A stretch of DNA of 62,772 bases, the filler included, from Limisphaerales bacterium (GTDB taxonomy: Bacteria; Verrucomicrobiota; Verrucomicrobiia; Limisphaerales; SIBE01): the NCBI GenBank assembly GCA_044225505.1. It is 13 parts of 13 records of this genome, joined end to end, with 100 filler letters (N's around TTAATTAATTAA, not from the genome) between each part and the next. Parts side by side here need not be neighbours in the genome. Positions count along the whole stretch, not along the records: positions 49,769 to 54,191 come from JBGAIN010000315.1; positions 54,292 to 58,558 come from JBGAIN010000316.1; positions 58,659 to 62,772 come from JBGAIN010000317.1; 10 more parts are not named here. One strand, given 5' to 3'. Under the pieces are notes generated by a model, which worked only from the letters and a program-made list of their open reading frames with translations, searched no databases and had not been told where the DNA came from. Made by a program: the position numbers and the translations under genes. Shown here piece by piece: positions 52,932 to 62,772 of the stretch. The first letter of the stretch is position 1. Each line of letters starts with the position of its first letter.

Positions 52932-53813
52932 TCAGTGTTGCAGATTTCTAGAGCCGTTGGTGTTTACCACGGACTCGACTTCAATTGCACTCTCGTCACG
53001 GTAGGCTGGACGAACCGTCATCCGGATTGCACCGTAAACTCGATTACTCCGCGAGCGGAAATAAAACTGATTTCGCAAAACGCTGGTCCAATTTGAATCC
53101 GCTGGGTCCATCGTGATTTTCAATTTCGTTTCGTATCCCGTTTCCGGCGCTTGAAATAGGAACTCGTCCGTGGCTTCTCTTATACCGCCGTCAAGAGCAG
53201 CAAGCTCAAAATCCCACGAGTAACGGTCTCGCGGTTTGATTCTGTTCGGTCTTGAGATCCGCACCGTAAGATCACCGTCTCCGCCAGAATCCACATTTTT
53301 CTTGTTATTGATTAGATCTAAAGTGTAGGGCCTGCCGTCAGGAACGAACCCGAAAAAGCCTGTATTCGAGATCGTGCTCTCGCGCGGTCCCAACCGCCAC
53401 ATGCGGATTACGACGGGCTCTGCTGGATTTGGTATGAACGTTTCAGGGGAATTCCCGTATGAAAATACACAGCGCGCACCGGGGGACAACTTGTAACCTG
53501 CCTTTTCTACAGCTGCAATCTCCAAAACATCACCGGTTCGTCCGTGCCATTTGAACCGGCCGTCTCTGTCGGAAAATACTTCGACCTTAGCAGGCGTTGC
53601 AGTTGGTCCGATAATCGGGATGAATTCCCAATGGCGCACCCCCGCCAAAAGTCTTACTCCGGCGATTGGATTTTTGTCTTGGTCGATAATGCGGCCCCAG
53701 AAATCAATCGGCACGTTCATCGATGTCTGATTCCTGCTGAGCTGCCAGCTAAGTGCGCCGACGAGTATGAAGCCCCAGATTAAAAGGATTTGCTTCTTCT
53801 CTTGTTGGCTCAT
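52932..53813 (-). CDS. Cassette ORF, membrane-anchored carboxypeptidase-regulatory-like domain protein
   Basis: N-terminal TM, FWGRIIDQDKNPIAG, SDRDGRF, KAGY and C-terminal NTNGSRNL. Confidence 0.75.
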   Translation of the reverse strand: MSQQEKKQILLIWGFILVGALSWQLSRNQTSMNVPIDFWGRIIDQDKNPIAGVRLLAGVRHWEFIPIIGPTATPAKVEVFSDRDGRFKWHGRTGDVLEIAAVEKAGYKLSPGARCVFSYGNSPETFIPNPAEPVVIRMWRLGPRESTISNTGFFGFVPDGRPYTLDLINNKKNVDSGGDGDLTVRISRPNRIKPRDRYSWDFELAALDGGIREATDEFLFQAPETGYETKLKITMDPADSNWTSVLRNQFYFRSRSNRVYGAIRMTVRPAYRDESAIEVESVVNTNGSRNLQH

Positions 53814-53876
53814 TGGCGCCCCTTGAATTAAAGTGATAGAAGGATCTGCTCCAACAATGCCCAGCGCTTCATGGTC

Positions 53877-54002
53877 GTCGAACAAGGAGCCAAGCGACTG
53901 GCGCTGGAAAGCAAAGCTGAAGCGAAACCATCGCTTCCGATTTGTCTCCCAGCATGGAGCGGGCTGGTGTCGCGCCAGTTCGCCTTCGGCGTTTGGTTCG
54001 AC
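53877..54002 (-). other. attC site (126 bp)
   Basis: GTCGAAC...CGAACTGGCGC / GCGCCAGTCG...GTTCGAC. Confidence 0.85.
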
Positions 54003-54006
54003 TCTT

Positions 54007-54191
54007 TCATTCGAGATCTGCAAAATACTGCTTCACGTCGTAGTTTCCGATCAGCCGTGCCAGGCCAACTGGCGTTTGACCATGTTTGTTCGGACGGTTC
54101 GGATCCGCACCTCGAGAACGGAGGAGTCTTATCGTTTCACCTCTACCCTTCGAGTCGAAGACCGCTCGCCCTAAGGGCGTGTTTCCGTGAG
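54007..54191 (-). CDS. Cassette ORF, ankyrin-repeat protein C-terminus (5'-truncated; absent from the ORF track)
   Basis: HGNTPLGRAVF...LLRSRGADPNRPNKHGQTPVGLARLIGNYDVKQYFADLE*. Confidence 0.8.
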
Positions 54192-54291
54192 NNNNNNNNN
54201 NNNNNNNNNNNNNNNNNNNNNNNNNNNNNNNNNNNTTAATTAATTAANNNNNNNNNNNNNNNNNNNNNNNNNNNNNNNNNNNNNNNNNNNN

Positions 54292-54564
54292 TAGCTCGGC
54301 GTTTTAACGCCGAGCTTGAATGGGCGCGATTCCAAGTCCCGACGGGACGGCCGAGGACGTGGCATTGAACGGAAGAACCGGAGATTAAGCGGATCACAAG
54401 GTCGTAGAACCCAAACGCCCTTTCTCGCCGCCCTCAGTCGCCCCTCCGGGGCTTGGGCCCTCTCACTTGAGCACCCGGCGCTAAAGCGACCGGGCTTCTC
54501 TCATTCTGTCCCTTCCGGGACTGAATAGAATTACCGAATGGCATTAGAATAAATTCCGCGATCC
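54292..54564 (+). mobile_element. MITE-like element, internal REP-like pair and right end
   Basis: Inverted REP-like arms, then AATTACCGAATGGCATTA-GAATAAATTCCGCGATCC. Confidence 0.7.
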
Positions 54565-54607
54565 GGTCATTGGGAATATGGCGCCATTTCTCTCCCCTGG
54601 TCGACGC

Positions 54608-54636
54608 TTGACAAGGGGGGTGCCAGCACGAATACT
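54608..54636 (+). promoter_or_regulatory. Putative sigma70 promoter
   Basis: TTGACA-17nt-AATACT, ~55 nt upstream of the DUF1501 ATG. Confidence 0.45.
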
Positions 54637-54690
54637 GCTCACACACCATCCGCGCTGGGCTGTCATCGCCAGCTAATAACAGGTACCGCT

Positions 54691-56031
54691 ATGCTGACGC
54701 TATTAGGCAAGCAATCGTCTTTCTGTGATGGCATTTCCCGGCGTAACTTTCTAAAGATCGGCGCACTCGGGTTGGGCGGGATCTCGCTGGCGCAGCTTTT
54801 GCATGCCGAAGCCGTTGCGGGAGTAGGACGTTCCCATAAAGCGGTGATCATGGTGTTCTTGCCAGGCGGCCCGTCGCATCAAGATATTTTCGATCTCAAG
54901 CTGGAAGCGCCAGCGGAGATCCGGGGGGAATTTAAGCCGATACGCACGAACGTCCCTGGAGTGGAGATATGCGAGCATCTGCCCAGGCTGGCTCGTTTGG
55001 CGGACAAGTACACGATCATTCGCTCGATGGTTGGAGCGGAGGATAATCATTACGCGTTCCAGTGCTTGTCCGGACGCCATATGCGCGGGCAGCCGCCCGG
55101 AGGTTGGCCAAGTATGGGCTCGGTGCTCTCGAAGCTAAAGGGTCCGGTCGACAAGGCCGTGCCGCCTTTTGTGGGGTTGTCGCCCAAGATGGGACACGCG
55201 CCGTGGTCAGACAACGGCTTTGCCGGCTTCCTGGGAATCGGGTATGCCCCGTTTCAACCTAATAAAGGGGCTGGGAAGGACGATATGGTCCTGCAGGGCC
55301 TATCACTGGAACGTCTGGCTGATCGGCAGCGGTTGCTCGCCAGCTTTGACACGCTTTGTCGCGACGCCGACGTCCAAGGGTTGATGTCGGGCATGGATGC
55401 TTTCAACCAACAAGCCTTTGGCATTCTGACTTCCAGCCGCTTGCGGGACGCGCTCGATATCGAGAAAGAAACTGCGTCGGTGCGCGAGCGTTACGGCAAG
55501 GGCGATCCAAGAAACCGCGATGATGGAGCGCCCAAACTCATGGAGCATTTTCTGGCGGCCAGGCGGTTGGTCGAGGCGGGCGCGCGTTGCGTGACGTTGG
55601 CGTTCAGCCGTTGGGACCATCATGGCGATAATTTTGGTGCCTTGCGTCAGGATCTGCCTTTGCTCGACCAGGGCCTGAGTGCCCTGATCGAGGACTTGCA
55701 CGAGCGCGGGATGGATAAGGACGTGTCCGTGGTGGTCTGGGGCGAGTTTGGCCGAACGCCGACGATCAACAAGGATGGTGGGCGCGACCATTGGCCGCGG
55801 GTTTCGTGCGCATTGCTCGCGGGCGGCGGCATGCGCCACGGTCAAGTGATCGGCGCGACTGACCGACTGGGAGGCGAGGCGACCGAACGCCCGGTGCAAT
55901 TCGGCGAAGTCTTCGCAACCCTTTACCAACGTCTTGGGATCGATGTGACTTCCACCACGGTACCAGATCTGACCGGGCGCCCGCAGTACCTCGTCGACAA
56001 CGCCTGTCTGCCGATGCGCGAATTAGTCTGA
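54691..56031 (+). CDS. DUF1501 protein
   Basis: [35 protein letters not shown] and GRDHW. Confidence 0.92.
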   Translation: MLTLLGKQSSFCDGISRRNFLKIGALGLGGISLAQLLHAEAVAGVGRSHKAVIMVFLPGGPSHQDIFDLKLEAPAEIRGEFKPIRTNVPGVEICEHLPRLARLADKYTIIRSMVGAEDNHYAFQCLSGRHMRGQPPGGWPSMGSVLSKLKGPVDKAVPPFVGLSPKMGHAPWSDNGFAGFLGIGYAPFQPNKGAGKDDMVLQGLSLERLADRQRLLASFDTLCRDADVQGLMSGMDAFNQQAFGILTSSRLRDALDIEKETASVRERYGKGDPRNRDDGAPKLMEHFLAARRLVEAGARCVTLAFSRWDHHGDNFGALRQDLPLLDQGLSALIEDLHERGMDKDVSVVVWGEFGRTPTINKDGGRDHWPRVSCALLAGGGMRHGQVIGATDRLGGEATERPVQFGEVFATLYQRLGIDVTSTTVPDLTGRPQYLVDNACLPMRELV

Positions 56032-56039
56032 TCCTGGCC

Positions 56040-58558
56040 ATGGGGACGTTTATTTCCAGATCCGCCCGGATTGTCTGGACATCGATTCTGCCTTGGCAAA
56101 AGTTCCTCTCCTGTTTCACATGGGTCTTGCTGCTGAATGTGATCGCTGCGGTCGCCCAAACGGATAGTTCGGACCCAGGGCCGACGCCGGTTACCTTAAA
56201 CCTCCAGTTTAGCCCCGAACAGACATTGCTGCGTTTGCGCGGCAAAGGCGCGGGGCAGCAACTGCTCGTCACAGCCAAGTTCGCCTCCGGCGCCGTGCGT
56301 GACTGGACACGAAACGTCGCGTATGAATCCGCGCCGCCCGGCATTGTTACGGTCAATTCAAACGGGTTAGCCCGCGGCCAATCGGACGGCGCGGCCACGA
56401 TTCGCGCGATTGGCACCGGTGGGCTCGCTGCATCGCTCGCGGTTCAGGTCGAACAGTCGGCGCGGTTTGCGGCGATTAATTTCCCGAACCAGGTGGTGCC
56501 CGTGTTCACGAAGTTGGGCTGCAACGCGGGGGGCTGTCACGGCAAAGCCAGCGGTCAGAACGGGTTTAGGTTGTCTCTGCTCGGCTTTGAACCAACGGAA
56601 GACTATGAACATCTCGTCAAGGAAAGCCGGGGCCGGCGGCTATTCCCCGCAGCTCCGGACCGGAGTTTGCTTTTACTTAAGGCCACGGGGACGCTGCCTC
56701 ACGGAGGAGGCACGCGTATCGGACTGGAATCGGACGATTACCAATTGCTTCTGCGCTGGATTTCGGACGGCATGCCTTACGGCCAGGCGAGCGATCCGGT
56801 CCTTTCCCGAATCGAGGTATTTCCCAAGGAACGAATCTTACCGTTCTACGGGCAACAACAATTGATCGTTCTGGGCCATTACTCGGACGGATCGATCGAA
56901 GACGTGACGGGTAGTGCGCTCTTTGAGCCGAATGACAAGGACATGGCGAAAGTGGATCCATCAGGCTTGGTGACAGTGTTTAATCAGCCAGGCGACGTGG
57001 CGGTGATGGTTCGCTATCAAGGGCACGTCGCGGTGTTCCGTGCGACGCTGCCGCTCGGCGCACCCCTCGCTGAACTCCCGGAACCGAGGAATTTCGTCGA
57101 CGACCTTGTGTTCGCGAAATGGAAAGCCATGGGGCTTCCACCATCGGGTGAATGTGACGACGCGACTTTTGTTCGGCGGAGCGCCTTGGACATCGCGGGG
57201 CGGTTGCCTTCGCCGAGTGAAGTGCAGCGAGTTGTGAAGTCCGAAGATCCATCCAAACGAGACCGTTGGATTGACGAGTTGTTAGCCAGCGAGGGGTATG
57301 CGTCTCTGTTTGCCACCAAATGGTCCGCCCTGTTGCGGAATCGCCGAAACACCCCCACTCACGCACGTGGCAATTACCTTTTTTACGATTGGATCTGGGA
57401 GAGCTTCCGCGAAAACAAACCGTATGATCAGTTTGTGCGGGAGTTGCTCACTGCCTCCGGTGACATGGCGGAAAATCCGCCCGTCGCATGGTATCGCCAG
57501 CTCAAAGATCCCCAGACGCAGTTGGAGGATACCGCACAACTCTTCCTGGGGATGCGCATGCAATGCGCCCAATGCCACCATCATCCGTTCGAGAAGTGGA
57601 GCCAGCAGGACTACTTTGGCCTCGCCGCATTCTTCTCCACGATCGGTCGCAAACCCGGAACGCAACCGGGCGAAGAAATGATCTTTGTGAAGCGAGCGAT
57701 TCCATCTGCTGTGAACAAGAAGACCAAACAGCCGGTCAGACCCGCTGGGCTGGGCGGAGCGGTCGTCGCTGTAGATCCTGACGTCGATCCACGCGAGCTA
57801 CTGGCCGATTGGTTGACGGATCCGAAAAACCCGTACTTTGCCCGAGCGCTCGTCAATCGTTACTGGAAACACTTCTTCAATCGTGGCTTGGTCGATCCAG
57901 AGGATGACTTGAGGGAAACCAACCCTCCGAGCAATCCAGCGCTCTTGGACGCTTTGGCCGAGAACTTTGCCCGCCACGGTTACGACCTCAAATGGCTCGT
58001 TCGGACTTTGTGCCAATCCCATACTTACCAGCAGAGCGCGCTGCCGAACGCCTGGAATCGCGCGGACAAACAGAACTTTTCGCGATTCTATCCGAAACGA
58101 TTACCGGCCGAGGTCCTCCTGGACGCGGTCGATCTGGTCACGGGTCGACCGACTAAGTTTGAGGGGATGCCCGTCGGCACGCGCGCCACGACCCTTCCGG
58201 ACAACAGTTTCAACACGAGTTCCTATTTCCTAACGGTCTTTGGTCGACCGGAGAGCTCCAGCGCTTGCGAATGCGAACGGTCTCAGGATGCCAGTCTGTC
58301 GCAAAGCCTGCACCTGGTGAATGCCAAAGATATCCAGGAAAAGCTTGCGGCGGACGCAGGGCGGGCGGCGCTCCTGGCGAAAGACCGTTCCCGGACAGAT
58401 CGAGAGAAGGTGGTCGAGCTGTTTCTCCTGGCGTACGGACGCGAGCCAGCATCCGCGGAGCTGCGAACGACCGAACTCTACTTGTATCAACATTCCGGCG
58501 ATAAGATTGAGGGCTCAAAGAACCGTCAGCGTGCCTTGGAGGATCTGATTTGGGCCAT
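56040..58558 (+). CDS. DUF1549/DUF1553 protein with Ig-like domains (3'-truncated)
   Basis: GCNAGGCHG, KPYDQFVRELL, CAQCHHHPFEKW, NRYWKHFF and CECER. Confidence 0.9.
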
Positions 58559-58658
58559 NNNNNNNNNNNNNNNNNNNNNNNNNNNNNNNNNNNNNNNNNN
58601 NNTTAATTAATTAANNNNNNNNNNNNNNNNNNNNNNNNNNNNNNNNNNNNNNNNNNNN

Positions 58659-59018
58659 GGTCATGCCGATTTCGTCAGCGGCTTGGCGTTTTCTCCCGAC
58701 GCGGCACTCCTGGCCAGTGGTGGGGTCGATGCCCAGGTTCGCCTTTGGGACGTGGCATCGCGCCGCGAGGTGGCCAATCTGACGGGTCATATGGAAGAAG
58801 CGACGAGCGTGGCGTTTTCACCGGATGGCCGTACCCTCGCGTCCATCGGCGTGAAAAGCATGCTGAAACTGTGGCATGTTGGCAGCCACCGGGAGTTGAT
58901 GTCGTTGGAAATGCCGAATCTTGGCCACTATGTGGGCTTTTCGCCGGACGGACAGCATCTGATGGTCAGTCTGAGCGATGGCGGGGTTTTGCTCCTTCGT
59001 GCTCCAGCCGTGCCGTGA
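58659..59018 (+). CDS. WD40-repeat protein C-terminus (5'-truncated)
   Basis: GH...AFSPD...LWD repeats. Confidence 0.85.
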   Translation, partial: GHADFVSGLAFSPDAALLASGGVDAQVRLWDVASRREVANLTGHMEEATSVAFSPDGRTLASIGVKSMLKLWHVGSHRELMSLEMPNLGHYVGFSPDGQHLMVSLSDGGVLLLRAPAVP

Positions 59019-59061
59019 CCGAGCTTGCCTGAGTAGTTTAAGGGCTTATCCTGTGGGGTAA

Positions 59062-61140
59062 ATGAAAATGCTTCCTCTAATTCGCATTCGTGGGGCGTTT
59101 CTGATTCATGCCGTCGCCGTTTTCAAAGCTTGGGCTCTTCTGCTCTTCGTGATTGAGGGACTGCTGAGCACACGCGCGGCGGCCCCGCGCCCGAGCGAAC
59201 TGGCCGCGTGCCGGGCGTGGTTGGACGAATTCCTGGGTGCGTCTCCCGGCGGTGCAGGGGCGGGGAATCGCCAGAACTGGACCGGATTCTCGTTTCGTTA
59301 CGGAGGCGAATCCCACCTCAACGCCCTCCGTGGGTGGGCTCGCGAGGCACGTGAAACTCGAACCGACGAAAACTTGACGGAGCGCCAGATTGTTTATCGA
59401 GAGCAAGGAACCGGCTTCGAAGTGCGGCTCGAGGCCTTGATCTACCACGATTTTCCCGCCGTCGAATGGGTGATCCATTTGACTAACCGCGGAACGAACA
59501 CCTCGCCAATGGTGGAGGAGATTCAAGCGTGGAACGGCAGGTTGCCAGTGTCCAAGGCCCAACGTTTGCATTGGAACAAAGGAGGCGTGGCGTCTTTCGA
59601 TGATTTCGCGCCGGTCACCGAGTTTATCAAGCCCGGTTTCCAGAAGCGATGGACTCCTGGCGGCGGTCGTTCCTCAAGCCAGGTGCTGCCGTTCTTTAAC
59701 CTGGAAGGGGAAGCAAGCGGTGTTATTGCCGCTATTGGTTGGAGTGGGGAATGGGCTGCGGAGTTCGCCTGCGACGACGAGCAACGGGTCACTTTGTCCG
59801 CGGGTATGGATAAAACGCACTTGCGACTCTTTGCGAGCGAGTCGATTCGCACGCCGAGAATGCTGTTGCTTTTCTATGAGGGCGATCGGTGGCGTGGACA
59901 AAACTTGCTCCGCCAATTCTTTCTGGCGCATCACCGCCCGACAAGGAATGGGCAACCGCTGGTCGCTCCGGTGACATGTGGGAACTGGGGAGGGACTCGA
60001 GCGGAAGTGCACTTGGACAACATCCAAAAAATCCAGCGTCAGGGACTGCCCGTGGAATACTACTGGATCGACGCCGAGTGGTACGGGCAGGGGAATTGGC
60101 CCGTCAGCGTTGGCGATTGGCAGGTCAAAACCAACCTGTATCCGGCCGGATTCAAACCACTAAGCGACGCGCTGCGCGGCTCCGGACGAGAGCTGATGCT
60201 CTGGTTTGAACCGGAGCGGGTCTATCGCGGAACACCTTGGGAACGGACCCATCGGGAATGGCTTATGGACCAAGGAGGTGACAGTCTATTGTTAAACCTG
60301 GGACTCCCTGCCGCTCGGGAGTTTTTGACGCAATTTATTTCCGAAAAGATCAATGAATTCGGTTTGGGTTGTTATCGGCAGGATTTCAACATTGAACCGT
60401 TACCGTTTTGGCGGGCAGCAGACGCGCCCGATCGGCAAGGGATCGCGGAGATCCGTTATATCGAAGGTCTTTATGCATTTTGGGACGGTCTTCAGCAACG
60501 TCATCCGGGTCTGATCATTGACAACTGTGCGAGCGGCGGGCGACGCATCGACCTCGAAACGATCGGACGGGCGACGCCATTCTGGCGCAGTGATGGACCC
60601 AGAGACGCCATCGCGCACCAATGCCACACCTTCGGTCTATTACCCTGGGTTCCTCTGAGTGCCACGAGCCAAGATCGCGCGGGAGACGATTACGAATTTC
60701 GCAGTAGCATGTGTAGCGCCCTGTGTTTGAACTGGTGGATCTCTGGCGATGCGCCCGCAGAACGCATCCCTGAGAACTTTCCCTTCGGATGGGCGAAGAA
60801 GTCCCTGGATCGGTATCTAGATTTGCGACCGTTCTACTATGGCGATTTCTACCCATTGACCGGCTATTCCCAGGCGAACGATGTCTGGATGGCTTATCAG
60901 TTGGACAGACCTGGCGCTGGCGACGGGTTGGTGATTGTCTTGCGACGACCGGGGAGTCCTTATGAAACTGCTCGGTTTCAGCTGCAGCAGATGGCAGCGA
61001 ACGCGCGTTACCAAGTGACCGACCTCGATTCTCGCGAGGCGCTTGAATGGACGGGACGAGACCTGATCAGTCCTGGGCTTCGGATCGTTGTGGGGCAAGC
61101 ACCAGGATCAGCGCTCTTCACTTACCGACGCATGCCTTGA
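59062..61140 (+). CDS. Alpha-galactosidase (GH36-like)
   Basis: Signal peptide, WIDAEWY, LWFEPE, RQDFN and DNCASGGRRIDLE. Confidence 0.88.
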   Translation: MKMLPLIRIRGAFLIHAVAVFKAWALLLFVIEGLLSTRAAAPRPSELAACRAWLDEFLGASPGGAGAGNRQNWTGFSFRYGGESHLNALRGWAREARETRTDENLTERQIVYREQGTGFEVRLEALIYHDFPAVEWVIHLTNRGTNTSPMVEEIQAWNGRLPVSKAQRLHWNKGGVASFDDFAPVTEFIKPGFQKRWTPGGGRSSSQVLPFFNLEGEASGVIAAIGWSGEWAAEFACDDEQRVTLSAGMDKTHLRLFASESIRTPRMLLLFYEGDRWRGQNLLRQFFLAHHRPTRNGQPLVAPVTCGNWGGTRAEVHLDNIQKIQRQGLPVEYYWIDAEWYGQGNWPVSVGDWQVKTNLYPAGFKPLSDALRGSGRELMLWFEPERVYRGTPWERTHREWLMDQGGDSLLLNLGLPAAREFLTQFISEKINEFGLGCYRQDFNIEPLPFWRAADAPDRQGIAEIRYIEGLYAFWDGLQQRHPGLIIDNCASGGRRIDLETIGRATPFWRSDGPRDAIAHQCHTFGLLPWVPLSATSQDRAGDDYEFRSSMCSALCLNWWISGDAPAERIPENFPFGWAKKSLDRYLDLRPFYYGDFYPLTGYSQANDVWMAYQLDRPGAGDGLVIVLRRPGSPYETARFQLQQMAANARYQVTDLDSREALEWTGRDLISPGLRIVVGQAPGSALFTYRRMP

Positions 61141-61269
61141 GTGGCGCTTCACTCCGGGCAAAGGACCGCTCTGTCGAGAAAAACGGAGGGAGCCTCGAAC
61201 TGAACGGATGACCAGATCAGTTGCATTTCAAGATTGCGTATCGTTCACAGCTCCCGTCTCTTTGGATTC

Positions 61270-61905
61270 ATGTGGCGAATGAACGGCATAGAACGGGGAC
61301 GGAATGGGGAATCGTCCAGGAACGCTTTTGGCTGGGTTGCGGTCATGGGCTGGCTGCTGGGAGGGATCGCTATCTATGGTCAAAGTCCGCCTGCGAAACC
61401 CTTCGTTCAAACGGTGTTGAACGGCGCCGGGCAATTGGTGAATCCCTTTGCATCGGCCTCCACCAATGTGACCGTATTCATCTTTGTTCGGCCAGACTGT
61501 CCGATTTCCAATCGCTACGTTCCGGAACTGCGCAAGTTGACGTCACAGTTCCGAGACAAGGGGGTAATCAGTTGGTTGGTCTATGCGGATACGGACCTTG
61601 CACTCGAAGCGATCCAGCGGCACTTAAAGGAGTTCCAGCTGGATTTGCCCTTCCTGCGCGACCCGGAACATGAGTTAGTCCGTCTCTGCCGGGTTCACGT
61701 CACTCCGGAAGCGGCCGTTTTCGACCGGCACTCTCTATTGATTTATCATGGACGGATTGACGATCGGTTTGTGGGGTTCGGCCAGTCGCGACCCGCGCCG
61801 ACTCGCCGGGATCTCGAAGAGGTTTTGAGTGCGGTTGTGACGGGGAAAGCGACGCCACTAAAATCGACCCGGGCGATTGGCTGCACCATTGAGGCGCTTC
61901 CATGA
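61270..61905 (+). CDS. Exported redoxin (AhpC/TSA-like) protein
   Basis: DCPISNRY, TPEAAV, YHGRIDD and AIGC. Confidence 0.82.
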   Translation: MWRMNGIERGRNGESSRNAFGWVAVMGWLLGGIAIYGQSPPAKPFVQTVLNGAGQLVNPFASASTNVTVFIFVRPDCPISNRYVPELRKLTSQFRDKGVISWLVYADTDLALEAIQRHLKEFQLDLPFLRDPEHELVRLCRVHVTPEAAVFDRHSLLIYHGRIDDRFVGFGQSRPAPTRRDLEEVLSAVVTGKATPLKSTRAIGCTIEALP

Positions 61906-61939
61906 GGTTGCTCGGCCGGCAGACTCGCCGGGGCGAGAA

Positions 61940-62772
61940 TCAAAGGAAGACAACGCCATGTGTCTGAGCGCGCAGCCGTGGATCTCGGGATTTAATCAGG
62001 ACGGGGCGTCCGCTGAGCAGTTCGTCGCAACGTTCCAAAGTCTCCCGTTCCAGACGCTCCATGGCTTCCTGGGTGTAAAATGTCAAATGTGGCGTCAGGA
62101 CAATATTGGGCAACGGAAAGAGGGGGCTTAAGGGATGCCCGACAGTCGAGAGCGGTTCGTCACTGAAGACGTCCAACCCAACGCCCGCGATGTGACCGCC
62201 ACAAACCGCTTCCACGAGCGCTGCCTCGTCCACCAGCGCACCCCTCGACACGTTGATCAATAACGCGGTCGGTTTCATTAAGCCGAGTTCACGGCGTCCG
62301 ATGAGATGGCGAGTCTCCGCGTTAAGCACTGCGTGGAGCGAAACCACGTCGGCTTCGGCAAGTAGGTCGGCGAGTTGATCCCGTTTTTCCACCCCTGCCT
62401 CGCGCATCTTGTTGCCTGTTACCCAAGGGTCGAAACCGAGCACGCGCATGCGAAATCCCAATCCTGCCATCCGGGCCAGACTGCGCCCAATTCGGCCGAC
62501 CCCCACCAAGCCAAGCGTTTTCCCGGCAAGATCGTGGCCAAGCCAGCGCGGGATAGGCCAGGCCCATCCGTTTCGGTGCATGGTGTCGTGAAGGGGCCCG
62601 AGCTTGCGCATCAGTGAGATCATCAAGGCAAAGGCCCCTTCGGCGACGGTCTCTTCTGCGTATTCCGGAACATTCACGACGGGGATGCGGCGGCGGATCG
62701 CGGCGGCGATGTCGATGGCGTCAATCCCGACTCCATACTTGACGATCCCGCGCAAGGATGCGGCCGTTTCGA
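61940..62772 (-). CDS. D-isomer-specific 2-hydroxyacid dehydrogenase (5'-truncated)
   Basis: GVGID, GLVGVGRIG, INVSRG, LDVFSDEP and TPH. Confidence 0.92.
   Translation of the reverse strand, partial: ETAASLRGIVKYGVGIDAIDIAAAIRRRIPVVNVPEYAEETVAEGAFALMISLMRKLGPLHDTMHRNGWAWPIPRWLGHDLAGKTLGLVGVGRIGRSLARMAGLGFRMRVLGFDPWVTGNKMREAGVEKRDQLADLLAEADVVSLHAVLNAETRHLIGRRELGLMKPTALLINVSRGALVDEAALVEAVCGGHIAGVGLDVFSDEPLSTVGHPLSPLFPLPNIVLTPHLTFYTQEAMERLERETLERCDELLSGRPVLIKSRDPRLRAQTHGVVFL

Larger units (their letters stand above)
49769..54191 (-). mobile_element. Integron gene-cassette array (no integrase in view)
   Basis: Seven co-oriented ORFs separated by six attC-structured palindromes. Confidence 0.88.

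Noticed and set aside
54170..54191. CTAAGGGCGTGTTTCC as an IS5-like terminal repeat at the contig end
   Set aside because: On the minus strand it is in-frame ankyrin coding sequence (HGNTPLG).

Overview
The window is not contiguous DNA. It is 13 short (~4-5.7 kb) GC-rich contigs joined by 100-nt N...TTAATTAATTAA...N spacers. Gene content (ECF sigma/Ser-Thr kinase-WD40 pairs, prepilin-type proteins, DUF1501/DUF1549/DUF1553, PEP-CTERM, an FtsZ-like tail) points to a draft Verrucomicrobia/PVC genome. Housekeeping content includes thiE, a PfkB kinase, glgE-treS/mak-glgB, leuB, nfo, floA-nfeD, a DHS-like gene with aguA, a GH36 and tRNA-Pro(GGG). Several genes carry frameshifts that are probably assembly errors. 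The clearest unannotated system is contig 49769-54191: an integron-type cassette array of seven co-oriented ORFs separated by six attC-like sites (four exactly 126 bp). Many have non-canonical GTTCG cores, and each cassette's left core is complementary to its own right inverse core. No integrase is in view. Other notable items: a relic attC cassette carrying a four-helix-bundle remnant and (GATTAC)n arrays; a His/Cys-rich RAPP-ending leader ORF upstream of a pilin-like gene and a choice-of-anchor-M gene; a dispersed composite repeat built on a 47-bp tripartite palindrome; transposase-like C-terminal relics; an IS4-ended REP-carrying MITE; and REP-like units inserted in-frame into kinase genes.
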